From NCBI GenBank assembly GCA_040954595.2, contig CM082583.2, forward strand, positions 4,331,374 through 4,395,373: DNA of 64,000 bases, written 5' to 3'. Positions 38,412 to 50,551 of this stretch are shown here, piece after piece (position 1 is the first letter of the stretch; every line of letters starts with the position of its first letter). Made by a program: the position numbers and the translations under genes. A model generated the notes under the pieces. The model was not told the DNA's origin. It worked only from the letters and a program-made list of their open reading frames with translations, and did no database searches. The DNA comes from Balanoglossus misakiensis. Taxonomy: Eukaryota; Animalia; Hemichordata.

Positions 38412-41400
38412 AAGAACCACAGAAATCAACTCTATCCAACCTAGCTTTATACCTGTCATAGGTGTCATCTAACTGTTCTATTAGTTCTGGGTCATCCCTG
38501 GCTATGACTTTGTCCTTCCTAATTTCATAAAGGTCTGAAATTTCTTTCAGCACGATTTCCTTCTGTTTCATCTTAATCTGTCTTTCCCTGTTCTTCTGTC
38601 GCAGCGTCTCCATTTCTATCTCCATTTCTTTCTCTCTCTCTTTCAGTTCCTCTTTCATCTTTTTGTGTTCTTCCGCAAGCTCCTTCCTCTTCTGATCGAT
38701 TTCTGCTCTCATCTTTTCCATCTCCATCTTCATCTTCTTCTCCTCAATCTCCAGATTTGCGTCATACACGAGAGCTATGGGTTGAATAAACAGTATAAGA
38801 GAAACAATTTAACATGAATTTCAACAGAACTTTTTATCACCAGGGAACCGCAGATTGCTGTCAGATTATGTTGCTACATACTTAGTATATAATTTTTGAT
38901 CAAATTATATTTTGAGAGAGGGGGGGGGGGAGAGAGAGCGAGGGTTAGGGTTAGGAGGGAGGGATGGAGGGAGAGAGAGAGCGAGAGAGAGAGAGACTTT
39001 GCTGGTCGTGTGTGAGAAAAAACATCTTGCAGGTAAAAGCACAAAAAGAGGAAACATAACTCACTTGGCTTGTATGGCCTTTTCCGTCGTAACCGTTGAG
39101 GAGTTTCCCTCATTGAGAGAACAGCAGAAAATTCTGGATTGCCTGCAAAAAAAAGTACAATCATTCAATACTGTTTTAATTTTTTTTTCTCATGTCACAT
39201 GGGCATGCTTAAATGTACCAATGCAAATTTAAATATTTTAACTAATCAAACATTTTTTAGTCGGTGGCACACGTAAAAAAATGTAAAAAAGTATGCCACC
39301 ATATGGTCATTCAAATACTTAGATACATCCTTTTTACCCCAAAACATCTTCAAAAATGCATGTGTCTAGTTGTTTTGAAGTTTGGTGTGAAAGTCCTGGG
39401 GTAATCAAAGTCCAATTTGTCGAAATTGTGATGATTTTATAACTATATTTTTACGGCATCGAAAATTTGCCTTTTTAGCTCTGCTGTCAAGTTTGTCCCA
39501 GTCTCAAGAGAAGTGTGCCATTTAATTCTGAAGCAGTTATCTTGTTTATATCAACCACCAGGTCTCTTGTTCAATTTCAAAATATGATGACAGTTTGACA
39601 GAAACTCGCACGCATTTGTAACACTTCAGTAACAACTGGTACCAGTATATCAAACTAAGCAACCAAACTCTGCTTACCCAGTCTGTATGGCTGAGGTGAT
39701 TGTGACTTGGAAGAAGAGGCATCTTCAAAACTTCCCACACCTTCATCGGTTAAAGGCACATGAGCTGCAACTGGATAAAAAAATTAAAGTTTTAAATAAT
39801 CTCATATACGCTTTTAATCATGTCTATTAAATGATATTTCATGATAATATATCAAGCTCAACACTTATTTATGACAAAATGGCCAAAAATTGAAGAAAAA
39901 CGAAAATTCCTGCAATTTTTAAAAAAGTGCAATATTGGGAGGAAAAAGGAAAACATAATGTCTCAGCAGTGTACATTTAAATACTTCCATGAGCTCAAGT
40001 GGATGAGATCATGTTTTGTTTATAAAGTTTCATGACTGGAAATGCAACATTTTCGTTGTTTTTTGCATTTTTCCACGGTGGCGGCCATAATCGCTTGCGG
40101 CAAAGCTTTATTATTTATATGGTTAGAACTTGCATATGCACTCAAATTTAGGGTTTATAATGCTTGTGTTTAGTTCACTGCCTTCATCTGCATAGAATAA
40201 TGGTAGTACAGTTTGAAACAAAAATTATGATAAATATCCCAAAAGTTGCAGCTTATGTGCCTGTTCTGTTAGCAGCAACCTTTGATTATTTTTCATTCTT
40301 TGTATCAACTGTAGTGTCTTGTAAACTCCACGAATCATGACCAAATATTCTTATGCAAACATACAGCATTGTTATTGTTGAGAAGTAAAATTGAAGTGAT
40401 TTGTCAACACTATCACTATGAGCAAGTATTACAGTATACATGTACATGTACTTACTTTGTCCAGGCTGTGCTCTCCGAACTTCCGAGAAACAAGCTCTGA
40501 ACTTTAAATGACTTTCAGTAATTCCTCTGTGATGTAGCAATTCATTCTTTATACGCGTCACCCGTGCGGGTGTTTCCTTTTTGTTCAACATCTTACAGAT
40601 CTGGCTAAACAAATCCCCATCGACTAACGGGTCGTACATGAAGTACTCTCCTGATGGGCCAAAGCAGGTTTCCAAAAATCTTGCCAAAGGTGCGTGGCTG
40701 GGAACCACTACAGGTAGTCCCGCGGCAATGGACCGTAATCCCTCCATCCTGAACGGCTCATCAGGCGGTACAACACAGACATCACTCTGCTTCAGCAATC
40801 GGTAAAACCCATCTTCAGAGCTGCTGTTAAGGGCATACGTATGCATCTGCGGTACTATGTGGGGGTAATTTAAATGCTTCGTAAGGAAAGTTTTGGAGGT
40901 GGCATGATCGGCTTCTGAGAGAGTACAGACTGACCACAGTGGAACCTTTATGTGCATATTTTTGTATTCGTTGGACATTCTGCCAAGCTCAGCTGCTAGT
41001 GTTACGTATCGCGACGATTCCACATCGTCATCGGTTATCACAGTCAGCATTCGTTTCGGGTCAACAGTCTTTTCTCGCTGGTCCACATTAAGATCAAAGA
41101 ACGCTTTCTCTGGTCTTGGAAGATACAATTCGTGTCTTACTCGTATTCCGGTTCTGTGGTAGAGCGTCTTGAAATGTTCAAAGACGTGTGGTCCCACAGA
41201 GAAAACTGCAGAGGCCAGTGCGGCAAACTTCACGATGTGTTTGTTGCCTGAACTGATGGCGTGATTTATCAGCACAATTTTGGCATCCTTGAAGTGAGGA
41301 TGTCGATCTCTGAAGACCTTTGCCACCAGCAATTGAGTCGAGGACTGGACATGTTCCACGATGTACTTCACATTCTGTATCTTCGTGAGATTTGCGAAGA

Positions 41401-41659
41401 ACGTCTCTGGTGAAAGAAACCAATCTGTCTTCGGTTTTTCATCCTTGTACCTCTTAAGCACAACCTCTCTTATACTTGGAAGTATCAAGTCAACTCCGCA
41501 ATCAGCTGCTTCTTTCCTTTCTGCATCACTTGCCTCCAAAACAACACAGCATGTTTCATGTGGTCTGTCTTTGGCTACACTGCTGGCAAGTTGACAGTTG
41601 AGGGCAGACATGCTGTCCTTAACACGAGACCACTTTTCAGCCAGGAACATGACAGTCAT
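38404..41659 (-). CDS. Uncharacterised ~550-aa protein: GT-B (glycosyltransferase family 4 / Glycos_transf_1-like) domain plus C-terminal coiled coil
   Basis: Exons 40456-41659 (acceptor at 41674), 39065-39142 and 38404-38774 join in phase 1. N-terminal VMFLAEKW...MSALNCQLA...CVVLEASDAERKEAADCGVDLI, then ASAVFSVGP and SDVCVVPPDEPFRMEGLRSIAAGLPVVVP, resemble GT4 Rossmann folds. The last exon is E/K/M-rich heptad sequence. A probable non-coding exon has its donor at ~42297. Confidence 0.75.
38914..38997. repeat. Polypurine (GA/G-run) tract with two TTAGG(G) units
   Basis: gagagaggggggggggggagagagagcgagggttagggttaggagggagggatggagggagagagagagcgagagagagagaga. Confidence 0.7.
39754..40262. mobile_element. 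Kolobok-like non-autonomous element in an intron of the GT4-like gene
   Basis: TTAA-AGGCACATGAGCTGCAACT ... AGTTGCAGCTTATGTGCCT (18/19 TIR match); the right-hand TTAA is degraded. Confidence 0.65.
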
Positions 41660-41729
41660 TTTGAGGTCTAGATCTGGAAACAGAACACACAAGAATCGAT
41701 GTGTTTACTTGACTTGATCGCCGTATTAA

Positions 41730-41914
41730 AGGTATACAGTCACCTCCAATTTACATACGCCCATATATGGCTGAAGTGGCGTATTTGAGCGTTCTAAAGA
41801 ACATATGGTGGCGCTCTTGTTTTCGCGTGTGCCACCCACTGAAAATCTGTGATTGGCTAGATCTCAATTTGCCATGGTAACTGTAGCTAATTTTCCATAG
41901 GTGACTGTGTACCT
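41730..41914. mobile_element. Kolobok-like MITE, 185 bp
   Basis: TTAA-AGGTATACAGTCACCT ... AGGTGACTGTGTACCT-TTAA (15/16 TIR match, both TTAA flanks intact). Confidence 0.85.
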
Positions 41915-44171
41915 TTAAAGACACACAGCCCTGCCACGCAGAGCTAGGAGAACAACAGCCAAGAATCAGCAAAGGTTGGTAAATATCGGGTCAACCCTAA
42001 ATCTGATTTTAATCAGATTGGTACTACCTAGTACCCAGTGACCAACATCGTAAACCACGAGCTTCTTTTCGGCAACAGCTACTGCGTTGCGTTGCTTTTC
42101 GTGAAGCGGAAATAGATGGCTCTGGAACGTCATGACCGCAGGTGACCCCTGAACAGCCAGAATTTAATAGTAGATTTACCGTTTAAATCATTATTTTGGG
42201 GCAAAGCTGTTCAACAACTCAGTTTAAATGATACTCCGTGCACTCATTGTTCATAGATGTCAAGAGTTATAGGAAATTTCAGCAGGGAAATACTCACTTT
42301 CTGTCGAGTAATAATATTCGGAATCCTCCCTCCAGCTTGCAACTCGTCAGTCTGTCAAACATTAACTGGAGACGCCCTCTACGGTAGCTTCCTACGTTTA
42401 TCTTGTTCACCACAGTCATTCGACCACAGTTCTTGAGGGACTGTGCATGTAATGTGATGCAAGGTATTACATTTATTTGTATACAGAAGAAAGTCGTTAT
42501 AGATTAATTAATTTTTTGTCAAGGGTAAACTTTTTGACTGATTATTCCCTCTTACTTTGAAAACCACGATCTCATTCATGCCAACGTTATTATATTTGTA
42601 ACTGTATGCAGCTACAATCTGTAACTGCTCAGAAATAGTTCGATTAAAAGACTTATCCAGTGATTAAATGTTTTTAATATTGAGCATGTGAATAAGGAAC
42701 TAGTCATTTCAAATGAGATTTTACTACTTGGTCCAATTATTGGAGTAGACACTGACATTTAGTAGGCAAGAAGTCAATGGATAAAATGAGGGGGATATTA
42801 ACTGTAGGACTTGGAAAACTATAATAAGAGGCGACTTACAGGCAATTCAACGCTAAGAGAACAGACAGACACTCTCTCATTTCAAGTTCCATTTAATTTT
42901 ATTGAATATAATTTTTTTTTTCACACACACAGTGGTGACATTTCTCAGATTGTATTGTAACAACACAACTTTACATGCAGGGACCTGAAAGATATGGTAA
43001 ATAATTAATCGAGAAAACATTTTTATTGAGTCTACAAAATGACAAAAATTCATTTTGTTTGAAGAATCTGTAAAATGTTTGTTTCAGTTAAGCTGCCAAA
43101 GTTCTAGTTCACCTTGAACTATTAATTTTAATATCTTCACATGTGAAGCAAAGTCTTCAAGAAGACGCTTAAATCTTAAAATTCTTGACTGTCTCGACCT
43201 CACCTGAAATTGCAGGGCAGGTACTGTTAACACTCAACACAACACATTCAAAGAAAAAGTCTTGCATATATAGTACATGTAATTCAAACTCAACCATGTC
43301 TCTGTTGTCTGTAAATTGGTGATAGAATACATGCTCCCAACGGTTACTAGTAAGCTTGCTGTGTCTGCACCATAAACAAAAATACATATACATGTAATTG
43401 AGCTTTACTTTATTTCATTCATCAATATGATTTTATGGTACCCTGTTTGTAATTGTGTCAAATGTACTCTCTTGGGTATGAAAAAAGAAGTTTTTTTATA
43501 CAGAAATATTCCTGCATTTATAAAGACATATATCAAATACGGACACAGACCTAGACAGGAGTGTGTGGTCACCCCCACTTTGACAAAGGCAGTTAAATGG
43601 ACCATACCAGTTTTTTTAACACAATTAATGTACTCTTTCACACATCCTTGGCACAAACAAAAAATTGCAAAATTTTAAAATTATATCTATTGATCAACTC
43701 TGTATATTTTCCGTCAACAATCCTGACTTATAATAAAAATGTGTTTGGCAGATTCCGAGACTAAGTTTTTTTCACTAGATGTAAATGAAAAAAAGTAGCA
43801 CACTTAGTGTGAATGATAATAACAATGGAAACCATTGTAATGTGTCGTTCCTGATTACGCAGCATCTAATAAAAAGTCCTGACTTTGTTTAGAGCCAAAA
43901 GCTCTTGGTACACACAAAGTAGTCAAATATCCATTAAAATTTCATGAACTTCTTAAAAGTTGTGAAAGAAGGAATGAGTGAAAAACAGAAAAACAAACGC
44001 TGACACAAACGATTGACTAAACTAGAGATATTGCAATAAACAGTCCAAACAAACACTACAACGTGTTTAAAATGAGCTGAGTTGGATTTCAAATGTTGCA
44101 CGGCAACTTAGGAAGTATTAATTTGTAGATCAATTATTCTTAGAAATACATGGCTGGGCGTAGTTTCTTTG

Positions 44172-47100
44172 CTATGCCTTGTCATCACTGCGGCTCTTGC
44201 TTTGTTCGGTCTTTGCGGCAACTCTTCTCTCGGCTTGTCTTCTGCGTCCCAAAATCTCCAGCCACAGGTTGCCACGGTAACTCTCACCTGCCGGCGGCAC
44301 AACAAACCACATTCGGTCTCTCTCCTGAGGATTGGTGGACAAATACTTGAAGCACACTGAAACGTGACATATAAAGGAGGAGTCATTGTCAATGACACAG
44401 TCCCTGTTAAATTGACTGATTAAAAAACACTGAGAAATCATGGTGGAATTAAGTCAACCATAACATATTTCTACAAATGGCTCTGACAATGTTTCTAAAA
44501 TAATTTGGCTGGGAGTATGTCATGATTGCTAGTTCTGGGTTAGACCGGGGGAAAATTCTTGGTTAACCCTTTTCAAACTTAGAATCTTCAGACACCCCGC
44601 TAGCTCCTCGGACAGTTTGGGTAGTAATGCAGTTATCATCAGACACTATTTCAGGGCTACCTTGGAGATTGTATGTCTATGATTCAGGCAATGTTCAATG
44701 GCCAATTCGTCAGATGGCCAATCTGGGTACACCTTTATTGTAAGTAATACTGCCACTGAAATAATTGGAATACATGTATAACGATTTACCAATGACTCTT
44801 TAGAACATGCAGACTATGAAAAACACCACTGTGGAGACAGGCAGCATAATGATTAGGGTAAATATGAACATACCTGACTTCATGGCTTGTGACACCGGTT
44901 GTATCAGTCCCACATCTTCCTTGGGAAAGGTCTGTCTGAAGTCATCCAGCAATGACATGCCGTAACCATGTCTTCTGTATTGCTTGCGAATGAAGATGGT
45001 GTCTATGGCCGGCATTTGCCAGGTGTACGGGCAATACTCAATCACAGAGGTACCTGCAAAAAGTAGTGATTAAAATGCATGTGCAGGCAAAATGTCGATC
45101 TGAAGAGATTCCAGATTTTTTTGCCACTTGGATAGTGAAGACAAGAGTTACCGGTAAATCCCTCATTTGTTTTGCAAAATTTGAAATAGTAATCTTGAAT
45201 TGTACATAAAAAGGATTGGAATGAAAAAATGGCTATTTTTCCAATATGAATTCAAGGTTGCCAAATCTATCTAATGCAGCAATTTTTCTGGAATATATTG
45301 AACCTCAGATAAGTGACCAAATACTACCACTGTATATTTAGGACATGATTCTTACCTTTTGTCTTGTACGTGTAGAAACCAATGGCGACATTGTCGTGCC
45401 ATAACAATTTGGCATTCTCCTCAGAAGGGTGAAAATCATACGGTATATCCTGTGTTTCAATCTCCCATTGTTTGAAAATGATGCGATTCAACACAAACAG
45501 TATTATCCTCTCTTGTAACGTTGTCACCTGTAGAAACGAGAAACAAAACACCGGGTTACTACGACAACATAGTGTACAGAGTGTATCTTCTATTACTCAT
45601 TATGGTGCCTAAGTATAATTAGCAGTAACTAGGGAGAAGGAACATCTCCACTAAACATCACAATCGGTAAAAGTATAAATCTTTGGAGTTAGGTTCACGA
45701 CAAACAATGAACTGTCTGAGCTATAAAAGGCCAAATGGTGTGTTACGTTGAAATGACAATTGGTGTTTATCAATCCGATTAAAATCAGAAGTAGGGTTGC
45801 AATGGCTCGTTCTTTACATTTGCTGATTCTTTTATACTGTTCTTTGATGTCCGTTACACTACAAACACACTACACACTCAGTGCGTTGGACATCAGAGAA
45901 ATGCACAGAATCAACCGTAGATCTGATTTTAATCAGATTGCGTATTTATGAGCTTTAACCAAATCTGGCCACATACAAAACACACAAAAATGGGCTGCTA
46001 ACGAGAACAAAGTAAAAATTATATTCACCATTTTTTTAGATTACAGGGGATTTTAAGTCACCAATGTCTAGTTATTATGAAACTATTTACATAAAGATTT
46101 ATCTAGGTTTATGATAAGCTGAAAATACTCTATGTTTATTTTATGCTTGCAAGCTTAATGACAAAACATGTACCAAAAAACTACATGCATTGATTTAACA
46201 TAAAATATTTTCTATGTATTTTCTAAAACATATCTCAGTAACACATTAGGCAACTATCATGTGATGATTGTTGATATAAACAGTGGCAATAATTACTTGT
46301 AGTTCTGGAGGAAAGGAACTTGGACAAATGTCACACTAGACTAGCCCACTAGTTGCCTGGTGATTTTTAAATCTCAATACTTTTTGTGTTTGCGGTGGTT
46401 TTTAATCATTTTAAAACTTTTTGCGCCCATGCTTGCTTTGAGCATGTTTCTGGTAGTGAGTTTAGTTTCGAATTTGGAACTGAGCTCACGGTTTCGGTTA
46501 GCGTCGACCAAGCCTACGCGTTCCCTACACATACGCGATCACACTCGCTGACGTTTACTCCACACACGCTACATAGAGAGACTCGAAACATTTTTTAAAA
46601 TGTACAATGTACATTTGTATTTTTATTATGAAAAAAATGAAGCCCATAGACGTACATCAAATATCTTTCTTTATCACACACACAGACAATGCAGTCAAAA
46701 ACTCTGCCAGTACAGACACTTCTCAATATACGAAACTGTATGCTTACCAAAACACACACCACACACTCAGCTGACTGCTATTACAGAAATTTTGGATATC
46801 AAAATATAATCCATCACATCAATACCGTGACTGAGGAGCTCATGTCTGAAATATTATGTTCCGCATAAATTATGATTTCACTGTACATGTAATCAGTTAT
46901 TGCATTGTGAAGTTTCTCTGAGCATTACATGAATGTTGTCGATATTAAATGACTGTACAAGATCTGCTATGAAGGTTTTTTTTTCTTTGTAAAAGTAGGC
47001 TGTAGAAACTAGTCCATAAATACCCAAGTTGGTTTTTCACACGTTGGATAATCATGACAATATGTTTAATTTTTGTTGTTGAATATTTGGAATTAGGTGA

Positions 47101-50100
47101 GGTAAGGTACGGTAGTATAGAGAAGGGTAGGCATAAGCATTCTTGCCTCATTTCAAGTTGCCATCTACTGTTTTTCAAATTCTGTCTAATAACTTTTAAG
47201 ACAGCTATCCGAATTTTGTGTTGCTGTATAAGAAGCTCAGTTTGTAGGATTGAGATTATAGCAGTGTGTGCATGGCCTTCATTCATACAGCTGTACAGAA
47301 TCAGTCATATCTTGGTATAGATATGAGACTATGTAGCTTGGAACATCAAGTTTTACTTCAATCTCACACTCCCAAGGACCTGGGATCATATTTCTCACAC
47401 TTGTCGGGGATATTCTAGCTGTCTCGTGTGAGAAATAATTTCCCAGGTCCTTGGTGTGTGAGATTATATTTCTCACACGGTCACAAATTAGCCAAATTCG
47501 TTAAAAAACATTAAATAAATGACTCTGGAACTGTCGTCTGGCACGTTGTAATCTCTGTCCCTATAATACACATCGCGCCATTGGATAACATTGAGTGCGC
47601 GTTAGCAAAAGAACACTTTGTCAACCAATCAGCGCTCGCGTCATATACAGCTTTCGATTCAGTGAGAGTGTGGGATCGATTTGTTCTCACACTCTGATCC
47701 CACACTCCCAGCGTGCCAGGAGTGTGAGAATATACAAATCCCATGCTTAGACCCAGTAAGCATGTGATATGTACAATTCGGCATGTCTTAAATTCCTCCA
47801 GGTTTAAATCACAGAAGACATGGATTAGGAATAAATATGGCCTATGGACAATTATTTAAGCTTACAATGGTTACAACTTTTTTGAGTTCAGAAGGAAAGA
47901 AGGGCTGATTACAAAAACAATACGCTCCATACATAAATAAATAAGAAAGGTGAAAAAGTACACGATATAGTAGATAGACGAGATATGGCACCTGATAATA
48001 ACTAAAGTACCTTTATCCAACCATTCCCTCTGTTGAGACTAGATGTCAAAATATCTTCTGTCTGCAACCATTTACCGGTGATATACACAGCTATAACTGC
48101 AAAATTTCATTCACAACAACACTCAACATACAATTTATGCAATCAATGAATTTGTTGTCTACACGTCACAAATTAACTGTTGATTGTAACCAGCAAACTG
48201 TTTGGAATATGATAATGAATGTAGAAAATTTCCAGTTGTACTAATAGATTCAGAACTTTAATTCAAAGTAAAGACAAACATGGTCACGAATGAATAAATT
48301 ACCATTCTGCCGTTCCCAAAATGCTTTGCAAAAAAAACATTCTGGGAAATGCTTTTTAATTATTTTCTCAGTATTTTTCTTTTCCAAGTCACACCAAAAA
48401 ATTTGGACTTAGGTAAATTTGATGGGGTCGTAGATACTATAGGCTGGTGTGAAATATCCAAAATGGATGTTGGTGAAGTTACTTCACCACATATGATCAC
48501 ACATTCTAACAGGGATACATGCAAACACTGTACATGTTAAAACACTCGTGATAACAGCACAGGAAATTTTAACTTGAAATTGAAACAAAAAATCAGTAAT
48601 ACGACAATTCACTTATTCGCACACGGGGGATACTTGTTAGTTTTACATGTGTTGTCTACAATATAGTCTGTAGTTTGAAGATTTGTATTTTGATTCATAT
48701 TTTGAAATTACCAAACACAGAGTTTGACTTCATGATATTAGCAATAAGTTCTTGAAGTTGATGCTGTCAAGAAATTTGTATAAATGTCATCATATGTGCG
48801 AGTAATTATCAGGACAAGAAACATTAACTTTCACTCTAACAGTCGTACAATATTGGGGAGGGGGTGTCAGGATCATAATAAATAAATATGACAATTGCAG
48901 AATGCAAGAGGGAATAAGAAATTAAATTTACCTCGATGTACAGGTTCACAATTCGGACAATACAATAGCAAAACATCCTCAGCTACTCGTCCAGGAACTG
49001 ATGCAAATATATTGCATTTGACTATGTTGGATTTGATGCAGGGAACCTGGAACAGAAAAGTATTATTTGCTGAAGTTTACAGTCAATAACATTATATTAT
49101 GCTTTTAGAAGTTAAGTATAATAGAAAATAGGGTCAATGACACTGTGCTCCTATTTTGCTCAAAACTGACCCTTTTCACCACCATGATTTAGTCCCATAA
49201 CATTGTTTCTACGGTAAAGTTTGACCTCTAAAGAAGGAAGTGGGAGTGAAAGGGTTAAAGGTCCACTACCTACATATCTTTTGACTATATTTCATTATTT
49301 TTTTTATTCTGTGACTGTGTATTAACCATTGTTCCTTGTTCACCTCTCTGGGGCAGGGTTAAATGCATCTTTTTCAACAGCACCATTGTATGCAAAATCG
49401 ACTATTCAAAGCATCTGAATAAGCAATTGCTGAGAAAGGAATTTTTGTGCAAAAAAGACAAAACTTACATGCCAAAACCTCTGCGAACCAAATATAAAGA
49501 TCACACATGCTGTCACTGTGAAATTTTCGCAACAAAAACAGGCATATTGATAAAATACATACAGACATTCAGACATTCAGACAAAGGACTTCCCTATACT
49601 GCCATTATTTATTCACACATGGGACATACCAGAGGTACCATTTTGAGGTTCACTATACATAATCTATCCTTGCCTCTGCCAAACAATATTAACCCTATCA
49701 CCCCATTTTCCTGTACAGAGGTCCAGCACTGCCATTACGAACAATGGAGTTGGACCAAACCACAGTGGTGAAAGGGGTAAACCAAACAGACAACAGACAA
49801 CCCAAGTATGAAATGAAAAAAAAAATCACAACTGAAGGTCTGCTACCTTAACATTACAATATGTACAGTGCATAACTTCAGCATCTTCTGCCTCTAATGT
49901 CTGCAGCGATTCAAAATACTCTTCAAAGTTGTCGTCAACTTGACTTCCATAGAGATTATCAGTATCCATATTGCCATGTTCTGTCACTGTGTGTGAAAAA
50001 AAAAATCATAATGGTTTTGTAGAAACATTCTTGTATCTTTTTCAAGATTTTTCTAAAATGCATGTCATTCAAAAAGTGTAATACGCAAATTGGCAATTAT

Positions 50101-50301
50101 TTCAAATGATATCGCTGACAGTCACACTTACAGCCCAATCACGTCATTTTTACCTTGTGGTGAAGTTACCAATAAATTAAAATAATTCTCACCTGTATCA
50201 ATCCTGGAAGATTTTTGGCCAAAGCACTCTGATTTTTCATTAGAATTTGATAATCTCCTCTTTTTTGGTCCACGGCTAGATTCCTCTTGACCTTTAACCA
50301 T
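44172..50301 (-). CDS. FAM169: FAM169-family protein (FAM169A/SLAP75-like, GNAT-like C-terminal fold), ~330 aa, 7 coding exons
   Basis: Exons 50193-50301, 49847-49986, 48932-49046, 48011-48096, 45356-45527, 44874-45053, 44172-44356 join in phase. VTTLQERIILFVLNRII, AKLLWHDNVAIGFYTYK, QMPAIDTIFIRKQYRRHGYG and VCFKYLSTNPQERDRMWFV are collinear with FAM169A as recalled. N-terminal NLS-like PKKRR. Confidence 0.85.
47360..47773. mobile_element. Hairpin-bearing non-autonomous element in a FAM169 intron
   Basis: Imperfect palindrome 47360-47465 (aatctcaca..caaggacctggga..tttctcaca / tgtgagaaa..tcccaggtccttg..tgtgagatt), repeated CTCACAC/GTGTGAG motifs, CCAAT boxes, and a terminal hairpin catgctta-gacccag-taagcatg at ~47742-47764. 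Confidence 0.55.
49170..49254. mobile_element. piggyBac-like mini-MITE (CCC...GGG-TTAA), copy 1
   Basis: cccttttcacc...gagtgaaaggg-ttaa; homologous to the inverted copy at 49693-49776. Confidence 0.6.
49693..49776. mobile_element. piggyBac-like mini-MITE, copy 2 (inverted orientation)
   Basis: ttaa-ccctatcacc...ggtgaaaggg-gtaa; its reverse complement aligns along the whole length with 49170-49254. Confidence 0.6.
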
Positions 50302-50519
50302 TGTTATACACTTGTAATGTTTGTAGTATTAGATATTGATTGAAAATAGTACTGTTAACTGACTACAGCAATCTGTATGAAAAATAATAAATGCATTTGT
50401 CAATACCATTACCTTTAATCTCTATACGCTCTGAAATAAACAGCAATGTACTTGGCCTAGCCTCTAATTGGCCAATGATAATTATGTAAATCATACACAG
50501 CCCTGAGAACATACAAGTG

Positions 50520-50551
50520 CCCCCCCCCCCCCCCCACACACACACACACAC
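50520..50551. repeat. poly-C plus (CA)n microsatellite
   Basis: C-run of ~16 followed by ~8 CA units. Confidence 0.8.

Noticed and set aside
38941-38955. TTAGGG telomere-like repeats
   Set aside because: Only about two units inside a polypurine tract; too short to call an interstitial telomere.
40286-40455. C-terminal ~56 aa of the 468-aa ORF as a hydrophobic tail
   Set aside because: It lies beyond a consensus GTAAGT donor at 40455; in-phase splicing to downstream exons is the better model.
44661-44755. Possible extra FAM169 exon (VAVLLTIKVYPDWPSDELAIEH...)
   Set aside because: It would enter in phase 1 and exit in phase 0, frameshifting the conserved last exon; direct splicing 44874->44356 restores the family alignment.
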